The position numbers and the translations under genes were made by a program. A stretch of DNA of 64,000 nucleotides from Perkinsus chesapeaki ATCC PRA-425 (Eukaryota; Protista; Perkinsozoa), in the NCBI GenBank assembly GCA_013115145.1, contig JAAPAO010000014.1, positions 77,854 through 141,853 on the forward strand, given 5' to 3'. Numbering within the stretch: position 1 is the stretch's first letter; each line of letters starts with the position of its first letter. Shown one piece after another: positions 9,080-20,412 of this stretch. Under the pieces are notes generated by a model. The model did not search any database and had not been told where the DNA came from. It saw only the letters and a list, made by a program, of their open reading frames with translations.

Positions 9080-11615
9080 ATGGTTTCTGCTAGTATCACG
9101 TCACTTCGGGCTTCGATGTATCGTCCTCTCGTGGCATCGTTGTCCAGCAAACCTGTGACGGTTTTGGCCTCGGCACCTTCGAGGTTGCTGTCAACGACTG
9201 CAGTGGCAGGTAAAGCCTCTAATCATATGGCTGTTGTGCCCCTGCATTCCAGGTTCCCGACGTTCCCCCATGAGCTTCGTCGAGGGCTACGAGTACACCG
9301 TACAGAAAGAGCTTGTGAAGGCGCTGAAGCGAGGCACCGATGAGAGCCTCACCTCCGCTCGTGGCTTTTGCATGACCTTAACTGACGTCCTCACATTAAG
9401 GCCCGCCAATATGAAGCTTGCCAGAGAGCTGCTTCTCCTGCTCTCGGAATCGAAGCACTTTGTCGAAGGCCATCGAGATGTCGTGGATCTACTCGCTGAC
9501 ACCTTGAGGCCCCGGCTTACCGAGGAGACCATTTCCCGTGTTCAAGGCCGGGCACTGGGCCAAATGGCCGCATCTATCGGCAAGCTCAACCTTCCTTGGT
9601 CCGAGGAGGTTACTCTGATAGCTCGACACTGCACGGAGCGCATAGGTCTTGAAATGATGTCAGCTACAGCTGTAGTCAGTCTCGCCAGCGGCATGTCGAA
9701 GTGCGACGGTAAACTGGAAGGCTTTGCAGAAGCGTTGGCCCTTGATTGGAGCAGGCGGCTGAATGGTGACGATGGATCCTTAAAGCCGGCTCTACATGTT
9801 CTCTTCTTCCGAAGTCTTGCCCACTTATCGGCCGGTCAGCCCAGTACTGTTGCTCTGATGCACGAGTTCAATCGGGTAGCAGATATCAGTGCATTCACAC
9901 CACACCAGAAGGCTCAGCTCTTTGGGGCGCAGAAGCAGATCCTTGGCGACGGAAATGCCCGGAGCGGTGAGGTCGATCACGAGGACCCTGCCAAGCTATC
10001 GCTGCCCGAATTAATGAAGTTGTTCGCCACGTGTGCACGGCGGAAGGAGATTCCCCGAAAAACGATCGTCGTTGGCCTAGTCGAGATCCTCCAGAATCCC
10101 GGGCCACCGATCGAGCCTCATCTATTGGCAAACCTGTGTCGAAGTGTTGGGAGTCTCCTCAGTAACAGAACCACCAACTCCAAGGACCTTCATCAGCTTC
10201 TTGAGCTCCTCAATTCCACACTGGTCCACTCCCCCAGCCCCCTCCAACTCACCGATCTTGGTAGCATCCTGTGGGCGAGCTTGTCTTCCCCTTCCCCGAA
10301 AGTGAAGCGTCTGGCCTCGGTGCTCCTAAGCAAGGTGGATGCTGATTCATTAGCCCTTGCACAGCCGCAAGTCCAAGCACCCGTCCTGTCGGGCATTGTA
10401 GGACTCGGTCTCGCCCAGGACTTTGCTGATCTTGTCGGACGCATTGCCGAGCTGCGTGGCATGAGTTCTTGGTCGTCCGACGATGTGAGGGGGGTCAGCC
10501 AGCTTGTCGGGCCGCTGTCGCGGATTCCTGGCATGCGGCCGCAGGTCTTGGCCATGGCTGCGTGGCTAGGGAACAAGCCCGAGTGTTTGACAGGCTACGT
10601 TGCCGGAAGGGCATTGAGGGCTATCGCCAACTGCAATTCTGCTCGGCAAATCCTGACTGAGTTCCCTGAAGCTGCCCACAGGTTCTGCGATATTCTCGGC
10701 AGTCACTGGGATCAGCTCGATGCATCACCAAACCTGATACTCGCCGACGTGGCATCGATAATGTGGGCTCTGGCAACACTTCGGTTGTCCGACTACGACC
10801 TGCAGGAGAAGTGCTGTCAGTCAGCTGTTAGGCTCCTCCGACAAGCTAGTAAAACTCAACTCCTTCAAGCACCAGTACTTCTGTGGGCACTGGCTTCCAA
10901 CGCTCATCGGACGCAAGGCTCCCGAGCGCTCCTTCTGGAAGTGACGCAGACCAACGCAGCTTCACAACTACCTGTTCGTGAGCTGCCGGTGATTGCATGG
11001 GCTGCGGCTGTTTTCAACGTCTACAATGAGGCCTTCCTCCGAGATATTCTCGAGCGCTGTTCTTCTGGCACCCTGGACTCTGCCGCCCTTTTCCGACTTC
11101 ACCGAGTGCTACAGTGGGCCACAGTCCAGCGTGATTTCCAGCTTCACGGTCTGAAGGATCTGGCGGCGAGGGCTGCCTCAGAGGCAATGAGTAGTGCAAT
11201 ACCGTCCAGCAGCTCCTTTCAAGACGAGCTCATCAAAGAGCTTGAGCCTCTCGTTACGGAGGTGTGGCCACAGTGGGAAGTGGTCTCTGAGTACAACTTA
11301 TCTCCTCACGCTGCTGGGGTAGTCTGCGACATTGCCTTGCTCGATAAAGTGTCCCGAAGTCCTCTAGTGCTGCTAGAAGCCGACGGCGCGCCGCACTTCG
11401 TCCACTGTGTTTCATCTGATGGTACACGCCGCCTTGCCTATGATGGTAAGACTGAGCTCCTGCGCAGGATCCTCACGGCGCTGGGCTACAACATTGTGTC
11501 GATAGACACTAATTCATGGAAGTCTACTGCACGGTCAAAACGGCAGAACATGCTAAAGGAGCGCATCTATGCGGCGCTAAAGGGCAAGGTGTTTCAGGAT
11601 TCCGTTTCAGCATAA
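9080..11615 (+). CDS. OPR-like + RAP domain protein, copy 4; join(9080..9209,9253..11615)
   Basis: A 43-bp GT-AG intron joins a Ser/Thr/Arg-rich, acid-free leader (MVSASITSLRASMYRPL...SRLLSTTA) in frame to the 793-aa ORF. RAP motif CDIAL...LEADGAPHF...ILTALGYNIVSIDTNSW. Confidence 0.87.
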
Positions 11616-11733
11616 TTTCTGATAGTGTTTTGTTGTCATTATAGTGGCGAGTTCTGCGCGAACAGAGCTACAGCTGGGTATATTAAACTACCTTCTATTG
11701 GGGGTCTCACGCTACCATCAGTTTTGGAATTCG

Positions 11734-12639
11734 ATGGGCTCTGCAACTGACGATGATCTGATAGAATTCGATACCATGGTGTCGGCATACTCGCTGCCGC
11801 TCGTTTATCAGCAACGCTTCCGGCGTATCGAGGAGCGGCTCCATCGACTAACTGATGCCTTAAGAGAACAGCGGCGATCTACGCCGAGCTGCAGTCCAAG
11901 CGGGAGCCCACAGCGCATGGCAAGGAACAGAAGTGTGGTGAACCTCTCCCCTAATGACGCTCCTCGGACGCAGCCCAAGTCAATTTACCACAGAAGCTGC
12001 GTTCCGCCACCTCCTCTACATTCCCCTAAGACTAATGTATCATCCTACAGTGGGAAGTATCGGTCCCCTACTCCGTCGAGGAAGCTACCGGAGTGTCATG
12101 TCGATTTGTCCCCTTATCTACGTCAAGCAGCAGCGACACCGGAGAAAAAGAGCCTTGTGGATGCCCCACATGAGCATCGCGTGTCGGTTGAAAGTGAGAG
12201 AATATTGGCCGACTTGCACGCTATGGACGAACGAATTGCCACTATCGAGCGTGAAGTGAAGGGCTCTTTGAAACGGCAAACGCCACCGTCGTCACTTGCG
12301 GAGACGCATAACACTCAAGCTGCTGCGTCGCAGGTTGAGAGGAAAGTGCCGGTGAACTATTCTGGAGCTCCGGCAAGCTTGCCTCCCAGCCGACTCCCAC
12401 CAGGACGGATACAACTTAGCAGCAGTGTCAGCACGTGCGGTGAGATGCGACGGTCACCACGCCTGGCAGAGTCGAGACCACCAAGTTGGAGGGATTTGGC
12501 GGCCACTTCAGCCAAGCATTCCACACCGTCGGCCACATCAAGCCATAGCCCGTCCGAGCCGGTCCTCTTAGCGCCTCAGCTTGACAACTCCCAACGTCGT
12601 CCAGGGCGTATCGGTAAAATCGGCAAGAGTGTTCAATAG
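11734..12639 (+). CDS. Hypothetical Ser/Pro/Arg-rich low-complexity protein with short coiled coils
   Basis: Long uninterrupted ORF 11644-12639; first in-frame ATG at 11734. No recognisable domain. Confidence 0.55.
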   Translation: MGSATDDDLIEFDTMVSAYSLPLVYQQRFRRIEERLHRLTDALREQRRSTPSCSPSGSPQRMARNRSVVNLSPNDAPRTQPKSIYHRSCVPPPPLHSPKTNVSSYSGKYRSPTPSRKLPECHVDLSPYLRQAAATPEKKSLVDAPHEHRVSVESERILADLHAMDERIATIEREVKGSLKRQTPPSSLAETHNTQAAASQVERKVPVNYSGAPASLPPSRLPPGRIQLSSSVSTCGEMRRSPRLAESRPPSWRDLAATSAKHSTPSATSSHSPSEPVLLAPQLDNSQRRPGRIGKIGKSVQ

Positions 12640-12749
12640 CCTGTAGCATTGCTATCAATGTCTGTTGTGTTATTAGTTCATGTTTTATAGCTGTTAACTA
12701 TTTGAACTCGGTGACTAGTGCGGTACGAAACGTGAATAGTTGGTACGAG

Positions 12750-14935
12750 ATCAAAATGCACCAGGGGCCGCGGAACGTTTGCCCCGTCGCCTCGATGGAG
12801 GGTTCTGTCTCTCAATCATCGTTCGGAAATCGATTTGGGCATCAGACCGAGGCCACGTTTTTTCCAGGGCCGATCGCAGCATCTCGACAACAGCGCGGGG
12901 AGGATCGGATGGACCACCCTGCTCACCGGCAGCGAACATCGAGTCCTCGATGCAATCCATAACCTAAAAACAAAATGCTAAAATGCCATAGCTGAAGCAT
13001 ACCGATCGAAGCTCCAGTAAACGATGGTTAGCTGTTGGCTGAACTGGTAAACTATCAACACCTGAGCGAGGGGACTTAATGTAGGGAGTAGCCGTGGAGC
13101 TACCTTCCCTGACGGCCCGTAATGTCCGCCGAATTTCGATCTTCATTTCTCCTGACCCAGCTCGCCGAAGCCGTGGCGGTCGGGCATCAGTTATACCGCT
13201 CGGCTAAAGGGAAATGAGACTCGTAGGAAGGTCGCCTCGGGCTCTTACTCTATCGGGCCTCGTCACTGCTGGTACGATCTCCTCTAGCATGTCCTCTATT
13301 TTCCATGCCACTTGCCCAAGGGTCTCCCATTCATTCCACACTGGTATGCCTCCTGAAACATGACAACAATAGGAGGCAGGCAATCCTATATGAGAGGAGA
13401 ACGACCCATTGAGTCCGCAAGTAACCAAAGTCGACATCTATGAAGCTCACTTTGGGTATCAACCTGCGATGATGTCGGTATGGATTTGTCATTAGCTGAT
13501 AAGCGGGCTGTTGATTGCTGAGGATCAGGGAAGACAGGCGGCGGCCTCTTTGAAGAAGAGGAGGAAGACCTGCAACATGTTTATTTCTCGTCACGAATGG
13601 GTGACGTTCCTACTGAGGCGGATGTTGCCGTTTGTCTGGCTGTTGGGCATCTTGTTGCCGTTGCTGTCCTGCCTCCTCTGCTACTCGATTGTTGGCTAGT
13701 TCCATCATGAAGTATTCTACTTCCTCGAGCTTATCCTCCTGTTGCATCTGGAACCAGGAAGCTCTCCTCATCGACCTATCACCACTCAACCCACCTGCTG
13801 CCGTTCCCATTCCTCACAGAGTTCCCGTGCCATCCGGAGCAGCTCCGGTGGCAGGCCGGAGGGAGGCAGGGGGACTTCATCGTTCAAGAAGCTCTCGAGG
13901 ACGTCAACTAGAATGTTGCACAATAGGTGACAGCATTCTGACTATATTCTTACCCTCAAATTCGCTCAGGTCCTCACCTGCTTTCTCTCTGTTAACCAAT
14001 TCCATGATGGCGCGCTGTCGCTGTCGAGCTCTTGCCTTACGCCTCCGCTTTTTGGCCGCCTGATAAACCCTTCTTAGCTTTTCCTAGATATCGAACGATA
14101 CTTTGCTGAGTCTAACAGGCTCCTCCCCCTCCTGTGGTGCCTCTGATTGTCGAGGCTCATCTAGGTGCGGTGGTTCGTGGTCTTCCTGTTCGGGTTCATC
14201 GTCGATAACTATAACCGTACTTGATGGGGAGTTGTCGTCGCCGTTTTTCAAAGGTATCGGTGCCAAATCTGCGACACTGTTCTCAGTGTCTGCCGCCAGC
14301 AGCAGCCGCTCCTCACCTTCGTGGTTCAGCTCTTCTAGCTTCTGTGAAGGCGAGCTCCTGTCGGCAACCTGGAAAAGATGGCGATGTGTTTCATACGACC
14401 CATATGATAATGATGATATGAGAATGATGTCGCCTACATCAGATGTTGAGCCGTTCTCGTTTCGACCTACTTTTGGAGCCGGAGCTGGTTGGCTTTCCGT
14501 GCGAGCAGGACGGATGTTCTGCCAGCGAACGTGATGGCGATGACAGTAGTAATCTGTACCTCTCTCGATGGGGTCTCTGTCGGCGATGGAGAGGATCGAT
14601 CGTCGTCAGATACCTCAATAAGTATCCGAACTTTTTCGCTCAGTGAAGAAACCGACAAAGCATGCTCCTAGAGTGGTGAGATCATATACTGGTTTCGGCA
14701 ACATGCTTACCGTTAGAATCTGGTCGAGAAAGATGAGCTCCCCGATCAGTTTGTCTTTATCGGGCTCATCACCCTGGCCTTCGCAGATGTCACCACCTTC
14801 ACCGGGAGACAGTCCCACCAACTGACCCTGCAAAGACACACACGGTCCGTCTCTGGCACTATGTAGCAGACACTCACCCGTATGCCGTCCACGGCCGATA
14901 TCGCACCGAGGAGGCCCTGCATTAAATTGCTGCAT
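12750..14935 (-). CDS. Hypothetical multi-exon protein (acidic/charged, coiled-coil segments); boundaries approximate
   Basis: Chain of minus-strand coding-like ORFs (14615-14935, 14467-14658, 14084-14266, 13610-13810, 13204-13437, 12751-12960) separated by short intron-like gaps. Confidence 0.4.
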
Positions 14936-15569
14936 GCCAGACGAGACAGCTGCTGCAGGACTGTGACGGATGCCTGATGAAAGTGGGTATCTCAGTGGGC
15001 GAGAGAGGGTAAGAGGAGCTCTACCGATGTATTGCTGGCAGGGGCTTGCCGACAGTGATCGGTCATTAAGTAATAACTTTAGGAGACTGGATAAGAGCAG
15101 CTAACACGGAACTGATGGTGAGGCACACGAAACGAGCTGCTAGTAACAGTGGTGGTAGTAGTGTAGTGGTAGGGGGTAGTAGTAGGTACTATTTAACTAT
15201 TATCAGTTATCAGCCTACACACAACAATAATGCAGGAACAAGGCATGCTGATGATAATGACGACAACCAGCAGCAGCAGTGGAAAAATAACAGACGAGTC
15301 CAGAATGATGACAAGACTGCTGCCATTTAGCGGCAAGGGGAACGGGAAGGTCGTCATTAATTGCCGTTGCGGCCGTCCCTTTGGTAAAGTGATATCTGCT
15401 TCTGATGATGATGATGCTGCTGCTTCTTGCTTAGTATTATTATAAAGGTAACAGCTGCTTTTGAACATTTGATTCGTTCTGGATAGCAGCCCCTGTTGGA
15501 GTCAAACAATGGTTACCTATAAAAAGCTTCTTTAAACTAAGCTATTATCGTCGTCGATATTATTATGAT

Positions 15570-16483
15570 ATAACGAATACCTTAACAGGAACCAACAACA
15601 ACCATACATCATCAAGCCACTATGCACAAATGCCCTACCTGACCCTTCTCCTCCTCTGGCAGTTGGACAATCCACTTGCTGTCCCCCTCTGCTGATGCTG
15701 GTGGTGGTGGTGGTGGTGTTGTTCTGTTATGTACGACAACATTAACCCCGGCACAGTCCTGTTCGGGGATAGGGATGTGCTCCCATGGCCGAGTGTAGAC
15801 GAACCGGAGCTGACACGACCCGGGGCGAAGCGCCTGAGTATGTGGCAGTCAGCTAGTGGGAACGGTGAAGCTTACTTGATAATAAAAATAATAAATGCCA
15901 CCTGTGCCTACATACCCTACTGGATGAGGATTCACCTACCGAACATCCTACCGCTCCTTCCTCAAATCTAGGGCAGGTGACCTACCTTATAAACTTTAGC
16001 TAAGTACTCTAATATCTCAGAGGAACCTTCCCGTTCCTCTGGTCCCTTGCCGGATACCACTTGCCTTCCAGCGCCGCCGCCGACTAGCCTCACCGCACCA
16101 AGAGACCGCCTCTCGATGCCGCCACCGTTACTGGTGAGCCAGCGGCGGTCGGCATCCTCCCAGCTGTACCCCGTCGTCGGATTGCCTACGAGCGATATCT
16201 CAACAATATCACCTGACAGGAAAGCTGTCTCCAATAATCGCACAATAGGCCTACCGACGTTCGCCGTCAAATTGATAACAGCGGCCGGCGCGAGCTGGAC
16301 TTTGAGGACGCCCTCTAGCGGCTTCGGCAAGGTGTGGCTTTTGAGCACATCCGGCAGTGGCACACTGCCCTCCTCCACGGTAATGTTACTGGGGAGGGAA
16401 GGGGAGGCCAGGCACCCACAGTGATGGTGCCGGCCTGCGCTGAGGGCCAGTAGGAGCTCCAGTGAGTATCGAGGCAACTTCAT
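15570..16483 (-). CDS. Chagasin-family (MEROPS I42) cysteine protease inhibitor with N-terminal extension; 3' end approximate
   Basis: Spliced translation gives all three inhibitory loops in order: EISLVGNPTTGYSW, NPHPVGYVGTGGIYYFYYQ and ALRPGSCQLRFVYTRPWE. Confidence 0.85.
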
Positions 16484-16699
16484 ACCGAGGCAGAGGGAGC
16501 GGAAGCTGGAAGCTCTACAATACTTGAAGGCTTCGAGAGAAACTCAATGAGCAGTAGTGTAGGAAATGAAGGATTAAAAAGCAATTGTGAGTTGTTGTTG
16601 TTGTTGTTGTTGTTAAGGTAGAATACAGCCAGCGATGAATCACACCTTGGGGGCTTCTACCTCTGAGAATCGAGAGCCCTGTCACGCCCACAGTAACAC

Positions 16700-19600
16700 A
16701 ACTTACCATCAACTTCCTTCTTATCCTCGGCCTTCTTCTCCGATGCCATACCGACCTCCTCGGGCCTGACCACCACCGCGCCTCCTGGGCTGGCCTTGGC
16801 ATGCTCCACTTGCAACTGGAACTTTCGTGCCTGCCCATCAACGACATCATCGGCAAAGACAGCGGCGGCAGGCTCACCGTGGCCTCCCTCGCCTTCTCAT
16901 TTTCCTCTTCAAGTTTCCTCATCCTGGCCTGCAACTCCTCAGCAGCCTTCTTCTCCTCGGGCTCCAACTCTCGACGCTCTTGACGAATCTCAGCGAATCT
17001 GGCCGTCCGAGTATCACCAGCAGGCATTAGCGTGGAGGCTACTACCGAGATCGAGCGGTCGGGGTGCCAAAGCTGGTCTTAAGATATGATGAAATCATCT
17101 TGAAGGCGTTGGAGTCGGACTTTGCCGGCGAGTACGTCTGCAGGAGCCCCCGTCAGCTGCGCATCTTCGATGGGGACCTTACCTTGATTCTGGAGGCACT
17201 CGGGTGCCAATCGTATTTCATATATTTGATCTTAGGGGTTTTATCAGCTATTTCGGCACCAATCTTCCAGTCCTCTCCGCCATACCTATTCCCACCATCT
17301 CCTCGATCTCGCGCCCACCACGCTAACCTTCGGAGATTCAGCAACATGAGAGCGTCGGTGCCGCCAAAGTCCTTCTTATACCAGCTGAATATCTTATTCA
17401 AATGGAGCACGTTCTGATCGCCATCGTACTTCACGTTGCTCTCATCCGTTACCTAAATACAGTGAGTCTCGGAGCAACTGCAATATGTGGTCTCACAAAG
17501 CTCTTGGCAGCCTCAGCGGCCAGGGAGTCCCAACGGTCGTCGCTGAGCTTGGCGATGGACACTGCCGGTGGGCAGCTTTTAGCACCGCACGATAAGAGAA
17601 AGTGGATACGGGGGTCGGCATAGACAGGATCTGGAATAGGTAGACTAGTTATCATGAAAGCAGATTAAATGGTCGGGAATGAATTAGAGGGCTCTTCTGC
17701 ACTAGTTGGGTCGAACTATCCGTTATCTGTTGCACTCTACGGAGTTCAATTGAGTTTCACAGGGTTCAGGCGAAAACCTGCTTAACGACAAGCGTCTTTC
17801 ACAACACGGGTGTAACTCCACTGAAGCGCTCATGGTCATCGGTTTACCGACATTGAATAACGGGGTAACGCTCTAGTAGAGCGGCTCCACACACACTCAA
17901 AAACGTCTATGGACTGACTTAGTAAGGCCACGGTGTAGGAAGTTCCCAGCAGAAAACTGATGTAGGAGAAATACATTGTAGCAAATGGAAAGGAAAACAT
18001 TATGCACTATGATTCATGCTGGAAACCATGTATCATCAGTGATTGGTAAAGCATATGTATTTAAACCTCATATGCACAAGGCAACTAATAGTCCTTCCCA
18101 ATAGGCTCTCTCAGGCTTACTTAGTGTGAACCCTCTCCTGGGGTCGTCCTTTCCCATAACTCTGAGCAGCTCCCCTGGCGGTGGATACTGATTGCCACGC
18201 AGAATGGCATGCTCGATGTCCCTCAAGGAGAGCAGGAAACCACCGAGGTCGTACGTGACGCTGGTGAAGAATCTGGAGGACATTCCAAAATGACTTCAAG
18301 GTTCCTCGATTACTCCCAACGTGTGTAAGTCGGAGCATCGGTGGCCACAGTGCCGAGGTCGGCCATGGCGTGGTCCACCATAAGATGGTATAATGCTATC
18401 ATAAACCGACGCCAGAACCTGTACCAGAAGTGTTGGAGGTATACGTAGGTGACAACCCACTCAGGGCGTTGCTGCGCCACTTTGAAGAGCATCGAGTCCG
18501 CGGAGCCCTCGGAGCTGCCGCAGATGACCTGCAGTATACAGGAGAGCTCTTGGAACCTAATGAAAGTAGAACAGTGATGTGCAATCGAGGAGCCGAGCTT
18601 CGACCTGAGATACTGCGGATCCTCAGATAGGAGTAACCAGTCTGTCAGTAGAGTGCCGGAATCGTCCAGCTTGGAGTAGAAGCCCTGAAGAGATGAAAGT
18701 GGTCATGAGGAAGGATGAAGTGTAAGAACGGCTACTGAACGCTGTTGTTGATGTTGAGATGAACAATGAGCAGCTCGATACTATAACACAACCGCTATAT
18801 AAGCAGTAGAACGGAGCCTCTCGAACTAACACGTTTCTCCAAAATGAAGTCTGAGGAAAATTTTACCGATATAATAGTGTTGGGATAATTCCTGGCGAAA
18901 TTTCTCAATCAGTAGTTAGACATAGGGTCGGTTCCCTAAACTACGTATACTGTATCTCTCTGCGTGATGAACTGCGTTGACTAGCTGGAGCTTCACTTAG
19001 GTATATTAAGGGTGCGCTCACCTTCAGGCGGTTCATCCGATTGGTAAGCTTAACGATAACATCCTGCATTTGCTCCACTGCCTCATCAACAGTATCAACC
19101 TCAAAGGCCGCGCCCGAGCGGACAAATCTTACAGAGTTGAGTATCTATTGGAGAGCATATGGTCGCCAGATCAACCTCTTTAGAATCTTACATGCGGCTT
19201 CATATGATACACCAAACTGTATTCGTATTCGGGCTCGAACATCTCATTCTGAAGAGTTGGGAAACAGTCGTGTACCAGAGAAGTAGCATTTCCTACAAGC
19301 CATCGAGCAGGTTAATAAATAAAGAATGGAACGGACACGCGATGAGGGAAAGGGAGGCCGAATTTGGAGCAGAAAAATCTATCGGCTGCAGCAGCACCAG
19401 AATGCAGTCATGTGGGTATGTAACTATGTTAGTGAGCAACAGTGTGGGAATGTCGCAAACGCTCCGGCCGGTTTGTGTCCCTTTAGCCACCAAGCGTAAC
19501 TACTTACTACGGCAATCTGATGGGAACAATACAGGCATGCTCTATCGATGCAAAACACTCAAAAGACATTTTGCTGTATATTGAATATGAGCCTAGACTT

Positions 19601-20084
19601 ACTTCGTGAACACCGTCAGTTCGCACCATAATAAGGTCCAGCTTGGCCAACTCCTCACACAGAATCGCTCCGTCCTTCTCTGACTTCAGCTGGGAAGCGT
19701 CAAAGATACAGTACTTCAGTGAGAAGCTCTACTTACACTCAGATTTCGCTTGAACGCATCAATCATGTACTGGCCCGGAAGAACTGCGTCAATCTCAGAG
19801 TCTCGCTCCAATGACGCTCCCAAAGTGCGGACAATGTTTACTATAAGGGAGGACCAACTAAGCAGAGAAAGCGGTAATAATGCCACACTAACAAGTGGAC
19901 CTTACGTCCACTCCTTCTCCATGAATAACAACTTGGGTAGAGTGAGCCCGTCATCAACTGGCTGCAGGTAGACTACAGGGTGCTGCTCCTTCTTATCGGC
20001 ATCTGTCTCCTGGGTAGACGGTGTCGCTGTCTGTGGCATCATAAACAAAGGGCCCTTTTGACCCGTACCAGACTTTGGTGACAT
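16700..20084 (-). CDS. DUF547 domain protein, probably with N-terminal glutaredoxin-like and DEP-like parts; multi-exon, ends approximate
   Basis: DUF547 motifs YDLGGFLLSLRDIEHAILRGN, DPRIHFLLSCGAKSCP, LNKIFSWYKKDFG and IKYMKYDW. Upstream exons YSKHCPH and GAILCEELAKLDLI are weakly Grx/DEP-like. Confidence 0.65.
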
Positions 20085-20412
20085 TATCTATTAAACACAA
20101 ACTGATCTTTCAAGCTGTATACACAGACAGACAATGACTAGTCCCGACGAGCTTTTTTAGAGTCATTGTTTCGGGTATGAAATTTGCGTGGTCGTGATGA
20201 TCCTGACGCTTTTACACGGCGAAGGCTACACCCTAAATCTCTTTTCTTGGCCTTCTGTAGCAGACCTCCAATGTATGCATAGGGCAGCTCACACAACTTG
20301 GCCATTAATGAACGTTTCAAGCGATACTATATAAGTATAAAGTATACCCAAAATGTAAAGGCGTATAATTGTACGCTGTACTGTAACACAACTCTATACA
20401 GGAGATGCCATT

